IMG/VR virus record: IMGVR_UViG_3300010151_000010
Location: 1 to 64,000 of that record
Length of the DNA stretch: 64,000 nt
Direction: 5' to 3' (one strand)
Origin: a virus
Taxonomy: Duplodnaviria; Caudoviricetes
The notes below the pieces were generated by a model. That model had not been told where the DNA came from and searched no databases. It saw only the letters and a list, made by a program, of their open reading frames with translations. The position numbers and the translations under genes were made by a program. Numbering within the stretch: position 1 is the stretch's first letter; every line of letters begins with the position of its first letter. Of this stretch, positions 8,029-23,000 are shown piece by piece.

Positions 8029-11000
8029 ATGACTGTGATAGGCCGCTCCAATCATGCGTTCTTCTTTGATGGCGTGAGCGATAGTATCATTATTCCAGAA
8101 GGGCAGTTTACTGCGCTTGGTCATAAGACGCTTGATGGTGCGAGTGATGTAAGAAATATCCTCGATGAATCGCCGCACGGCCATCGTACACTAACTCCTT
8201 CATCTGGTAAGTTCTCCAATTATCTCGTCATCGAGGCTTGGATAATGCCAGATTGTGGCGGCACTGTGATAGAAAAGGAAGGGCAGTTCAAACTCACTGT
8301 AGGCAATGTAGATACTCCCGGCCCTGCAGTATTTGAGGTCTTTCTCAAGGATGGTGTGAGCACTCAAAGATTTCAACTTAGCACCGCTACTAAGCAGAGC
8401 ACCAGATATGAGGGCACTGTTTATCCATCTTCTTCATATGGTGGGATTCATGATTCATACAACAGATTCACAGGTTTAACCTATGATGATGCTACTGACC
8501 TAAATCGTAACCACAGGCCTCTACTTCACGTAGTTGCAGCAGTTAAATCGACGGCGATAGAGTTGTATGTGAATGGGTCGATTGTAGTCAGTAAAGACAT
8601 TAAGGATACCAATTTTACTTTGGCTAAGTCTAATGCTCATGTGTATGTAGGTGGTAAGGGCGGTCAGTTTAGAGGCGTCATCGAAGCCGTGCATCTGAAT
8701 GGAGGACTGAAAAATACTCATATTACTGGCAATACTCCATTACCAGACGGTAGCACTCAACTTCTCTATCGTTTCGAGGAGCCGATTAGTCCCATTGAGG
8801 GAATATACAACATTACCAATATCGCAACGAATGGCACTCAAGTTGGAGGGCAGTCTGTTACTATCTCGCAAATTACTCTCTCTGATGCAGAAGCGACGGC
8901 GCTTGCGAAGAAATTAACGGGGCTATCTACGGTTAGCGGCAATTATGCTTTCACGTCCTCCCCATATAGCAATGGAGATTATGAGATTACGCAGAGCACT
9001 TCTTCTGGAACAACCATGCGAAAGATTCCTCATGTTCCATACAATATACTCGTTAATCCGGGTAGCATCAATCCGAATACTAAGATACCTAATCAGACTC
9101 CTCCAGAGAGACTCAGACTTCATAATATCAATGTGGACACTAATACTTGTCTTGTTTCCAGTATTCATCTTGACTTTGCCGCAACTCCAACAAGCGGTAT
9201 TAGAGGAATGCTTCATACATCCCGTAGCACCGATGTAGACAATCATTTCGTGGTCATAGGTGCAGACTTACTGATAGATAGTGGGACTGGGAAGCCGTAT
9301 CAACCTCCTCACTTCTCTTCTCAGATAGTGGATAGAACGGGGCAGATGGTGATAGATGAGGGGATATTCGAGTCTCATGGCTTCGTGTATTCGAGTCGAA
9401 TGGCTACTACTACCTCCGACCCCGATAATCCCTATGCAGTTGTATGGCCCACTTCATTAGATGCTGCATTTCAAATCGGACATAGTGGGAGACATACGTT
9501 GAACCATGTTGATGGTCATGAGTTCCTTAGAATACTCCCAAGAGCCAACGATGAGATAATCGACCAACAGATAGATGGCTCGGCAGATATAATCGACATT
9601 ATGTATGATGATGCTCAGAAAGGTGTCGATAAGCAGATATCTGTCAATAGCAGGGTAGATGTATACAGAGAGGCTGGAAACTTCAAGATAAACGATGTAG
9701 TTAATTCGAGCACTGTTACAGCCGCCTTCAATTCGTATCACAATACATCTTCACCTCCTGCTGGAAAGAAGAAACTCATAGCCATCGGCGGTCCTAATTT
9801 TGACTTCACTCCATTCATGCTAAAGGGGCCAGTACCAGCATGGAAAGGCACCTTTAATGACGAAACAAGAAAATTCCATCTTCGACCCTCGAAGGAAAGC
9901 AGAGTAGCATTATTGCATGTTCCGCAATTGAGCAGCACCAATGTCAAGTTCGCTCCATATGTTGAGATTCACTACAACGCAGTAGACCTTACTGGAGCAA
10001 GCATGAGTGGAACAACCCAACCCCTATTGATGGTTGAGAAAACCGTTCCTGCTTCCGATGTGGCTACTGGTGGTGGCTCTTACATCTATGATGCCATAAT
10101 CAATGCCATAGGCTCTGGAAAGACTCTCTATTCGCCGGGCGGTTATATTGACATCGCTGCTATCGCAGAACTCTCATTGAATAGTTTAGCCATGCCTCAT
10201 TCTATGATAGGTGATGTAAGTGAGGGATATTCGGCAGACGATGAGTTAGATGATTCCCTTACTCCTTACAGGTTCACTGATGGTGTAGGTGCAGTAAACT
10301 TCACTCCCAGAGCAGATGCTGACTCGATTCAGAATAGTCCACCGAAAGTGATTGTGGAATCAGTAAGTAGCACTGGAACTCATGAGTCGGTATTCAATAG
10401 GATAGCATTGAACAAAGTGGAGCAGAAAGTAAATCTCACAGACAAAGGGTTGTATTCCAGAGTTGAACCACACACAACGGCAGACAGTCCTTCTGCTGGA
10501 GAGTTCGATACTGCTACCGCATCGTCTTCTACGCCGATTCACGAAGTCTTCGATATCATAGACAATATCGAGATAGTAGATTCGCCCACATCAGACACCA
10601 GAATAATCATTCAACCATCTGATAGAAGGAGAACCAATCAACTGACTAACGTCAAGTCATTAGTCTCCACTTCAGATGATGCGAACACAGCCTCGCTCAT
10701 GTATCTCATGAGTCGCGCTCGTGTGAGAAGCATAGAAGAAACTGAGGGAGAAGGGCAGAACTTCACTACCATACGCTGCATTGGTCTTTCTGAAGCAGCA
10801 ACTTCCCGTTCCATCAATGAGATAGGTAGAGGAAGTCCAGACTCTCATATCGTCAAGGAGATAGAGCCGAACTCACCTGTGGTAACAGTCACGCTTGGAG
10901 GACCGGGGCAGGGAGCGATGGACACAAAGCCTACGAATCAGCCAAGTATTCTCGCTCATGAACCATATTCTTCTCGTCGTGCTTTTGCAGCAATGGCCCA

Positions 11001-14000
11001 TAAGTTGGTGGCTAACTTCAGTAATGGAGCCGATGTGCTTCATGTAAAGGCCATCAATAATGAATCTGCAGATATGCAAAGTTGGGGCACTTACGGATTC
11101 CCACGTTATGGTAGGGTGTATCTTGCAGATGGGAGCAGTGGGAAGTATGATTCCAAGAATGGAACGACCTTCACGTTTTCATTAGGTGCGCTGGGTTCGG
11201 GCGACTTCGTCTCATCGAGCGGTGTCGAATATACCTCGATGGCGAGACTGCTCAATGCTACTGGTTTTCTCAAAGGAGAAACGAGTGGAACCCCGACTCT
11301 GGAAGGTATTTTCACTGTATACAATGAACCAGACTTTGGGGAGCAGTCGAGGATAGAGAATGGTAGCACTGTGAATGACCGTATGTTCCAGAGTATGAGT
11401 GATGTTAGCCACGATTACCAATTAGGCACCCAATACGCCAGCACTCGCGCTTTGGCCGAGATACCTTTCTTCTCTCATCAGTTCTTTGACAGTGGGGTGG
11501 GCCCAGATAATGGATTCAAGATTCACATAGACGCCACTCACACTGCTCACACGTGGAACCCAAGTCCAGTAGGGAGACGGCTCAAGGACGTAATGCCAGC
11601 AGACAGGGAGGCTCAATCTGCGTATTCACACGCTTTGGCTAACAGGGAATATATCAACTCGACATTCATCACAAAATGGGATGCGTCTAACAAACGTCTC
11701 TATGTGAACGACATCAATGTGTTCCCGGATGCTACCACATCGACAGGCACTTACAGAGGAGTAACGACAGCATACAGATACAGAAAGGTCTGGCTCGGTA
11801 ACGGAGAGTGGGCTTGGTATAGTGGAGTGAACACAGGTGACAAGTATCTTACCATCGTTGATGCAGAATACGGCCACACAAGTAATTTTCTTGATGGACT
11901 CGATGTAGGCACTCCCGTTTTTGCTGGCGGAATCGGTTTTGATGATACTCTCTCCCCTCTGGCATCAGACGAGTTTACTCCATCGTCTGACTTTGAAGGC
12001 AGAAGCGAGTATTACTACGACGCAGCCAGTGTAAAGACGCAGGGCGGAAATGTGGATTACGGTCTGCGCCAATATGCGAGCGCAGTGGAGTTCAAGGCTG
12101 GTCCGGAAAGTAATCCCCATGCTGCGCACATGGAGACTAAGCGAGCCACCACTACTGTGCTGAGCGCTACAGAATACAGTCTTGGAACCCTATTGAAAGC
12201 GATAGTGATAACCGTACCTGATGAGGACTTCTCAAAATTCCCAAGCCTCGGTTATGATGAGATGCAGAATATGCCCATTGGCACTGGGACATTGCGATAC
12301 TCAGTTCAGTATGATGATGGCACTAATGTGTTCGATTATCAGTATCATGGGCATTTGAAGAAACTCCCGCTATCACCTACAGTAGATATACCTGAGAATG
12401 GCCTTGTTCTCGTATACCTCCAAACCACACCTCTCTATCCAGCATCGCTCAATGGAAAGAAGATTACGCTCGCTAAGAAGTGCAGGGATGTCATTAGTTC
12501 TAACATGACTACCGCACTCACAACCACAAGTCAGATGCACCCGCTATGGAGCGAACTCAATGACAATCTGATGATTGACACGAACATAGTAATCACTGCA
12601 CAAGCGGCGAATAGCAGCGCTCCCTATACCATTGAGATAACCAATCAGACTGGTAAGAACGTCAACGACCTCCACGGTCTCAATGTCAAGAAAGACGACA
12701 TCCTCTACTACAAGACCACTGCTAACGTCATTCACAAGATAGGGACTGTGACTAAGGTCACAGAAGCGCTTGCTAATGACAAGCAGACGATAACGCTGAG
12801 CGCTGCCACACCGATAATTCCAGCCAATGCCAAATTAGCAGTGCGGATAGGCGATTATGAGGACAAGGACGCCATACTCAATGCCAAGTGGCTCAACCCC
12901 TATGCACCGGGTGGATTGCGAAACGGGGATACGGTATGGGCCAATATGTCTTACAACAACCCCCATGCAGTTGAGGGGCTATTCGCAAAGAGCAGGGGAG
13001 TTCTGAATGAAGCGCAGGTATGGAAGGAGTTTAACGGAGGAAAAGGAGATTTGGATACGACTAATCCAAGAGATAGTATACCGCTTGAAAACTTCCTAAT
13101 TGGAAACACCTGCCTTGAAACTGCGAGGAATTACGTACAACACGTGAATAGGACTGTGGAGGAGAACTACAAGGCGCTGGGTCTCACAGCCGCTCAAGCC
13201 CCCACTGTGGCCTACGTAGACCCATATCTGGCTGAAGATGGACACGCACGCGTGCTTTTGTATGATACTGCGCACGATAGGGAGTTTGTAGCCTTCCAAG
13301 ATATTCACATGCAGGTGCAGTCAAGCGCCCAAGCCGCAGAGATAGGTTGGCCGAAGGAAGTCGTGGAAGATGGTGGCACAAGCAGAAGCAGACTCGACAA
13401 GATTACTGCGACATACAACGGCTCTGGTCCAAGCCCATGGACTACGCAGATAGACGTGGCTAACGGATTCCTTTCACAGAATCCCTACATACGAGGTACT
13501 CAACAGTCTAAGTTCATCGAGAGCGCATACGCTCATGACCTTGCTAACAGGCATACGCTTGATTTGCTTGAAAGTAGCACTTATCGTGACTCTCCAATAG
13601 CATCGGGAGTTCTAATTAACAAACCTCTCAATCCTACATATTATTCGGCAGGATACACAGGGGCTATGGTAGTAGATGGTGTTGATGCCACAACTGTCTA
13701 CTCTGTGGGTGATACACTCTTCAGTTCAGTCGGCGCTATTGCGGGTTTAATCACAGCGATTTCGCCTACATCAATCACAGTTGGTGGAGGTATTGCTGTG
13801 CAGTTGGCTAATAACCAGAATCTACAGTCTAACGTTAATTTGACGCTTCCCGATGATGGTAGGAAGATAGCAGGCGCGAGATTGTATGGTAAGGCTCACG
13901 GTCACCATGTCCATACGGGCTATTCGTTCGGTGGAACAGTATCTGGTCTCAGCGTTGATAATAGTGTGACTTCGAGGACTAATGACTCTGTGGCTCTCTA

Positions 14001-17000
14001 CAAGGTTGCAGATGGTTATCACTCATTTACCAGAATACCAGTTGATTCGTTTGATACCTTTACGAATGAACTGGTGAGACTTAGAAACGGAACGACAAAC
14101 TGTTCCTTCCGTGACCCTTCAACATTCTTTGATACTCCAGATGGGACCAGAGTGATTCCCGCTTTCCTTTGTCTAAAAGGAATACGTAGCACGACACTTG
14201 ACTTGTCATCTCACGAAGAGAGTAGACTCCAACATCTGCCTCAGTGGAAGGACATGGACTTCGTTAGGAGGCTTACGATAGACTGCGGTGAGGTTGCTCA
14301 GAAGGATGGAGTAGTCAATACTGAGGCAGCAGCGCAGGAAATTGTGCGATTAATCAACCAACATGCTGCTCTAAACGCTCGTTATACAGATGGTTCCGCG
14401 CACGACCCTGCACCATTCTGGCATACCGATAACAATGACCGAGGAACTCACATGGGGTATATTCGTGCCCATATCGGCAGAGAAGTTCAGGATTTGAACG
14501 GAGATACAGGTTACACGGTAGTGATTCACAGCACAGTGCCCGGCGCTACTGGCAGGAACTTCTGCACATGGCTCGACAATAGCACAGGACAACACCCCTA
14601 TCAACCGCAGTTCCTCATCGGTCATGGTGGAAGGTGGCGTAACTTCTGGGCATTGCCCGAAGAGGGTGAGGGGGAGAATATGCATCCCGCGCCATTGCCT
14701 CTGAATAAGCATGGAAGACCATTTGCCCCAATCACCACATTACAGCAGTATATCACTGCAGAAGAAAGCGGAGAGGAAGTCAGAAGCGTTGCTGAGTTTG
14801 AGGAAGATAGTGTTCTTAGAGCAGTATCTGATACAGTAAGTGGAAAGAATCACAACACAATAAACAATGAATCTTTCTCGCTCAAGGGTTCATCTTCCAC
14901 ACTTGTGAAAGGTCTCAGAGTTGGCAGTAGAGCAACCTCTCGTATCAATTTCGGAGGACTGGTAGCCAGTGGAGTGCCCGGTTGGGCGCCAGATGCTGGG
15001 ATTTGGGGCTTCGGAAAGATTGGAGATACCAAGTTCAATAAGCGATACGGTTCATCTTCGGTGACATCATACAGCAGTCATGTGCCAACTGTAGATAAGT
15101 TGTCTGACGCAATAGGTAGCGGTCAATTATACGGTTTTAGACTCAAGGACAATGTTGGTTCTGAGTCTGGGCTAAGGTTCGTATATCGGAAGATGGGTGA
15201 TTCTTTCGCCAATGAGAACACCACCTTACCTTCAACAATAGAGGAGGAGGTCTGCGTTTTCTTTGATGATAGAGACGTAGCACAAGGCGGATTTACTGTC
15301 GGTAATCACATGCACGGCACAGGAGACGCTACGGGTAGAATGGATTTTGGTGTATTGTCCATAGAATCGAGTTCGTGGAAAGGAGCAAGATGGAGAGGAG
15401 TTCATGCTCCAAGTATTGCTGCTTACGTCGGCACGGCCGTATCGGGCACTAAAATGACGATAACGTTCCCTGCGCCTTTCGATGCTGCATTTTCTGATGA
15501 TAAATTAGGATATTTGGGCTTCCCAAGAGAAAACGGTCTGATACAGATTTCGGATATTGACGGCGATGGCGACGCTGATGTTGGTCTGACTCTCTCATAC
15601 ACAAGAAGGGATGGTAATGTATTCTACGGTATCACAGGTTTACCAAGTTGGACTGATACGAATTATCTCATCACTCCTGTATTGAATTGGACTACTCTTG
15701 TCACTGACGAACTTATGGCTGCCGTAACTGCCGCCGCAATAAACGCTGGAAGGGAAGTAAATACCGAAGATGGGCATATCTTCGATTGTACTGAGATGTA
15801 TGCGGCAGACGGGCGAACTTTCGGTGAATGGGGCGTCAGCGAAAATGCTGTGCGCATTCGGGCATACAATACTCAGAAGCCGGTAATTCCTCTAAATGAG
15901 GCGTTTTCTGCTACTCTTCATCGTGACTTTGGCATTCAAGCGGCTCATCTTGAGTTCGGAGAGGTCAAAAAGGTTACAAGACCCACAGGTACTGCTGACT
16001 GGGACTTCGATACCGGGTCGAATTATGCCACATCTCGTGCAGTCACAGACGCATTGATAGATGATAGCAGAGGCATAGACTGCGGCTACATCCCCTATAC
16101 CCTCTTGCAGATTCGTTCCTTTGCACGTGGTCCTCATGCTAATACTGCAACACCTAATTTGGTCGATTCTAAGAATACTCCAGTCAATATCAATGAATGG
16201 AGAGAGAATCTCAAGGGTATACGATATACGAGGTCGTCCGGCGACCATATCTTACCGCATATTGATACTCCACATTCTGTGCTAAATATGGGTTGGACTG
16301 CTATTCCTACTACGCCTAATCTGGTAACAGATTACGCTGCTGGATATCCAATAGGTTGGACAGATGCAATAGCGATAGACACAGGAAATTCTGCCAATAT
16401 AGCAGTAGGAGACATAGTCGCTACGAATAATGGTAAGGTGGTAGGAGAGGTCACTGTAGTAAACGGCACTGCTTCATTCACAATAGGTGGAGGAACTCAG
16501 ACGAGTTTGCCTGATGGCAGTATCATAAACAAGAGATTGACTGGTTCTGCTGGTGGAGTAGGTTGGCTTACAAGCGCAACACTCGGCGCTGCCATGTTCC
16601 ACTTTATGATACCCGCTGGAAATGATTCGGGTAATATCCCATCATTCGGAGAGAAAAAGAAAGTATGGTTGAATGAGAAGGATTCTCTTTTCGCTGAGAG
16701 TAAGAGGGGAGCGACCAGTTCAACCGTGCTTTCTTGGGACATCGAAAACGCTGAAGGTAACATAACAAGAGACGCACCATATTGGAATAATCTTCTATCA
16801 CTTAGCAATAACAGAGATTTCGATGGACTGCGCTCCATAGGTAGTGTCTTCTCAGAACCGGTTGTATATTTCAGAGGGGGAAAAAGCAGCAGCGACCACA
16901 GCGTGCCTCTTTACTTCGGAGGCGGATTCAGTGGCGTTACGCTCGATGTGAATGACGGCACTAATAATGACTACTCCACATTCTACACACATCCATACGC

Positions 17001-20000
17001 TAATGGTCCAACGGGAGTGGCTGGTATACAGAACGCTAACGAGATATCTACCAGTTTCGCTATGATGGACTGCAATGCTATGTTTGCCTTCTTCCCCGGT
17101 GCGGCTCTCTGCAACCAACACAGAGGTAGTATCAATCCACCAGCATTCAATCGAGACAACATACTCTCACCAGATTTGGGTAGAGGGGGCTCACTTTACG
17201 CCAGCACAGGGGAGATAAAGGCCAAACCAGTTCCTCTCGTATTACGATTCACTCATCCTACAGCACGTTATGAAGACCATGTTGATGGAGTAGATATCGA
17301 CAACAAGACGACATATATCATCTTTGGACCGGGGCAGGCATTCCCATTCACACAGGAAGTCGCAGATGCTGCTTCGGGCCACAACACACTGGAGCCTTTC
17401 TCTGGTAGAATCATCTATACTGGTAATTCTTGGGCAAGCGTGCCCTCTTTAGGCGGTTCTAACAATAAGTTCCCGAACTCGATAGTCAATGACCAAGGAA
17501 AGTATAGACCGCACTCAAAATCATACTACAATGCTACTGCTGGCTTCCATTGGAAAGCGATGGTGAATTGGGAGACTCCTGCTGGATATTGTTGGAAGAA
17601 CTCGGCTAACAGTGGTAGTGCGGGCCTGTTCCAGAGGCCGGAGCATGGTAGGATGTATGGTCAGTTATTGAATGACGACTCAATACACAATGCAGAGGAT
17701 TTCGAGCAAGTGCATCCTAAAATGCATGTTCCACTTATCGGTTACGGCATTACGATGGGTGCCGATACGGTATTCCATATGGATGGGGGTTTCCACGCAG
17801 GTGGGTCTTGGTTAGATAATCAGTTTACGTTTAATCCAGTTCATCCAAAGAAGAATACTCGGATTACTGGTGGTAATTCATCAAGCACATGGACAAGAGA
17901 TAACCAGATTCATCCTACTGCTTTCAGAGTCGCTGGACCCTTGATGGCTACAATACAGGATTATATCGGTAGTAGCACAGATTTCTCAATTGGAAACACC
18001 AAGAACGAATACATCCTGATAGATGGGACAAGATGTCAGAATGGAGAAGAACTCGCAACTGTAGTAGGAGCAGCCATCAACGCTTTCCCCGGTGCTGGAG
18101 CACTCAAGAGTATGGGAGGCACTCACATGCCTTCTATGGGTAATGCAATGCGACAAGACCGCTATGGATGGGTAGATTTAGGCACTGTTGGCTCTTACAA
18201 TCATAGCACCTATCCGCAATATGTCGAAAGCGCCGTAAATGCCAGCCAAACACTATTGGAACAGATTCCCGCTTCGGGTTGGCTGAGAGTCAATACCGAT
18301 GATGACAGTGAAGGGGATTCTGTGGACCCCGGTTGGGCGGTGTATCACTCTCGTGACGTAATTGCTTCAGGAGGTGATTGGAAAGTAAGATTCCATCTTG
18401 CACCTAATGCGATAAGAGGCCAGACTGTATTTGAGTATGATACTACATGGGCTAATCACAAAGCAAGCAATGCAAATAGCAATCCTACGACTTTGAGTGG
18501 TAATCTGTATGTTTGGAGTAAAGCCGGAATAATGCAATTCAACAACGAAGATGTAAGTGCACGAGACCACATGACGCAAGTTCACTTCTCAGGCATAGTT
18601 GATGCAATAGACAGGACGAGGCCAGTAGGTGTGGCCGGTTGGCATGGAGAGCGGTATTCATATCTCAATAGTCTCAAGATAAGCACCAGCGTAACGAAGA
18701 ATGATTCGACTACTACAGCAACCGGATATGCTGCTGGATTAGGAGCATATCATTCAATGCTGGGATTCTCACCATACGGCTCTGCTGGTTCCGTTATGAG
18801 CACATACGGCACAGTTCCAGTAGTTGCTCCTATGCGACATAGTCCCGAAAGCACTCCTACCATCAATGGCGCAGGAGATAACCTTGATACTTACATCACG
18901 AAGGCAAGTCTGTATACAAATTATACATTAGATGCTAATGGGCGAACACCTGCTAATGGACAAGGCTACTTCAAGGACACAGATACTACGGATAACTCAA
19001 ACCAATGGGCAAAACCCACAAATTACGAGATATCAACCACTTTACCAAAGGAACTCTCATTGCCACAGGGATTGTATAGTAATGCATTCCTTGTAGTCAG
19101 TTACAACTCTGAAAGTTCTTTGATAGCGAAGTTCGATAGAGATGCAATTACGGCCACAGGTGATTGGTTACATGTTAAGGGCGAAGGAACTGACCCCATC
19201 CATTATGCTGGAACTACACTATGGGATGAAAGATTCCACGGTCAAGACCGCTTTATTGCACCTGCAAACGCTGGTCCTAATGTCGAGGCTCTAATTGTAG
19301 ATAACACAACTGTTCCAACGATAGCAAATGCTCTCGCAGACAATTCCTCTGATGCTCCATTTAATGGCGATGTCGGGACATATTTCCACGGTGCAGTATC
19401 AGATGACCTCAATCTCAAGAACGCAACACCCGGACGTGCTAAGACTGGTGATTTACTCTTCGATTTAGACTACTCTGTTGGTTCTGTGCTTCTTGAAAGT
19501 GAAGATGCAGAACGTAATGTATCTGATAACCATCAAGATATGGACGGCACTGGATATTCCTATACTGCAAGCGGGAACTATCCTAACGAGTATTGGATGG
19601 GTGACGTGAATGCATTTGACATGTATAAAAACTCAGCAGCAAAAAACTTCTCAGTCGAACACATAGTTTGGAAAAGAATGGATGGCGGCAATCTCAGTTT
19701 ACCCACTATCAACGCACGAGGCCTTGGTGCAGTGCCGTGGATGACGAGGGTGAAGAATAACACAGCCTACACTACAGGAGAAAAATTGTATGGGAATGTT
19801 AGATTTACTTTCGAGACAACAAATAGCGCTATGTTACCTGTGTTACAAGCGCAGGAACTTGCACACCCTGAGTTGATGAGGAAACACCCATACAAGATGG
19901 GGAATGTGCTTACTATACCGAATGAAGAGATACAATTCCAGAGTATTACTGTAACAGATGATGCGGGGCAAACACACAAGATAGAGGGTGGTAGTCCGCT

Positions 20001-23000
20001 GGGGACTATCATACGTGGCTTCCGCACGCCGGAAAATCGTGGCGTGGAAGGCAACGGACCAGCACTCGCTAACTCTGGAAAGACTCCTAATCTCAAAGTG
20101 CAACTACCGAATCCCGATTCCATACCGGGAAATATCGTAGTGCGCTCAGGATTCGACCCACTGCAAGCCTATCAGAACGAAACTATGGGAACAGGAGGTA
20201 TGATACACCCAGATTTAGGTGCCGACACAATAGGCCATCTTTTCGATAACAGTGTAGTGGGGCCAAGAAAAGGACCGACATACGAAGACCATAATTGGGA
20301 GAGAATAGACCCCATAACATTCGATTCTGAAGTAGGAGCATGGGTAAATAACGAGCCACTACATACGTCCTACGAATTACATGATAGGACTCTATTCTTC
20401 CATGTCTGTAAGATGGGACACAGTCACACTCATCGTTATCCGACTATTTACAGTCATACTAACGGTGTGGTAAACGATAGTGTATCGGTTACACAAACAC
20501 TTGGTGCAAATAATTGGAATGCTGAGACTGGCGTTCTTACAATAGACGGGGCACTGAATACTGAGGTTTTCAATGCAGGATTTGGAACGAAAGAGGCGAA
20601 GGACGGAAGAAAGTTCCTCAGAGTGTATAATCCCATAACGGATGAAGGAGTTGTTTGCTCATATCTTGCTGAAAATGATACAACCATGGAGATTGTAGGA
20701 GATGTTGATTTTACTGCCTTTATGGCGGAAAACACAACTACTGCTCTGAAAGTTGTTCCATCTTACTATATACCCGGTGGAAGCACGCGTTTCTTTGCGT
20801 CAAGACGCTTACGTGACCATGCTGAAGTATCTGGAAATTCCCCAGATATGGCCCATACGCGCTATTTTGCCAGTGATACGATAGCATACAATGCATACAG
20901 TAAACCAAAGATGACGCCTATGCCATATCCCAGAATGGGACATCACTTCATCACGCCCACAATGCCTATGCTGCCCGGACACTGGGCTCATCCTGCATAT
21001 CAGAGTCTGTATAATCGTCATCTTGCTGATTACAACATGAGTGTTGGATTCACAGATTCCGCTCGTTTCGACGAACACACCACTGCAATTAACAAGAAAT
21101 CGGGTATCAACAATTCTATGGTAACGCAATATGGCGGAACAGAAAGCACGTCACTGCAAGACAATACTCATCCAATGGATGCTGAAATCAACTTCAGTGG
21201 CATAAACGCAGCACCTTCTGGCCCAAGCGATATTCATGGTGGAGCATTCACTTTGATGTTTGAAACAGGCTTGAAGTATGACGGTTACGGTGTTTTGGCC
21301 TCTGCTGGTTCATTAGCGGGCGCAGTGAACAAAGCGGGCGGACATAGCATCGTTCTCGAAGCCGCAGCCAACTACACACTCGCAAAGCACTTCCCCGACC
21401 CTGCTGAAGTTGGAGCCTATCAAATCATCATACAACCAAATCTGTTCAATAACCAACTTGTTGGTTTCCACAACAACATCACTACAGAACTTACCAGTCA
21501 GCAAGTAAACACGGTAATAGGCATCAATGAGAGCACTGCAAAAGGCGGGCTAACATTAGTTTTGGCAAAAGCCACACAAGCAGATGTGCGTGGTTGTGAG
21601 GTATTCATCAACGAAGCCATGCTCGATGTTAATCCTGATTTCGGTAGTCAATTCACGAATACGCCTCCACTAATGCTTCATAATGCACATGGAATACAGA
21701 TGACGGAGTCTCCCGCATTTACAAGAAGAGGGTTTCCTTACTCAACTATGTTCTCAGACTCTTCGCCGGGTCACACATTACACATACCATGGTGGAGTAT
21801 ACTTCACAAGAACGGAGTGCCCGCGTCTAACTTCCGAAAACTATCGCAATATGCACCAGATGATTACTTCATGTATTCAAGAAATGGGTTTGGAAGTATA
21901 GGCAATCAACAAACTATCAATGGATATACCTCAACATACCTCGACATATACTCCAAACTACAACAAATTGTCAGTCTCAATCCAAAATGCATTGTTGAAT
22001 CCTTCAATACAGGTGGGACAATTACCGTAGACAATGCAAATCTATTCCCATTAACCTCTCATTACGCTCAGGAGATTGAATACACGGCAAAGAATGGGGA
22101 TATCTATTCTAAACCGTATACAAAGAGAAGCGGTAATGATGCTGCAAATGTGAATGTGCCTAATACCATCTATTTGGCTGCTAAATCAGGTGCAGATAAT
22201 TTCTGGGATAACATATACGATGGTGCAGAACTACGATTGTCGCATTCATACAATACATTATCTGCAAGTAAACTACTTACAGATAGAAAGAAGAGTGTAT
22301 TTGCGAATATACTACCAGATATAGTGAATGGTAATCGTGATACATATTCATCTCATATACCAGATGCTTTCTTATGTATGTGGCATCCTAATTTAGGAAG
22401 GCCAAATACATATTTTTCAGATAGTCGAACTACTTGGGGAAGTGTTGCTGTGGATAAAGCATCATATAATTCAATGCCAGAACACTTTGAGACTATACAT
22501 TATCATGATTTTACACATGCTATGAGTGCTGGACCATTTGACTTCCTAATTATGACACCTAACATATCGAAGACAGGAGAAACAGTTGCTGCTACAACTG
22601 GCACTGACCACCAAGCAGGAGGAACCGATGTAATGTTGAGCGGTTTCTGGCCTTGTGGGAGTCGTGGCGGCCCTCATGTCAGCAAACTTGACCTTTTCAG
22701 TTATGCAAGCGCATCTTGGAATGTGCACAATCACAGCGATGGAAATCCCAATTTCACTTCCAGCGACCTTCGAGAATGGGTAGATAGCGATGATGACGGC
22801 AGTTATTCTGTCTCTTCAGGCATTACAACGGCCGCTATGGGGTCTTCTCGAAGAAAACCGTATGGCTACCGTAACGCTATACGTCAAGCCTGTAACAGGC
22901 CTACATACGGTCTCAGTCCGACCAGAGCAGTCTATGAGGCAAGCCCAACAGGGTCGGGCATTAAAACCCTTGATTATGACGCTGGACCACTGGTTCAGAC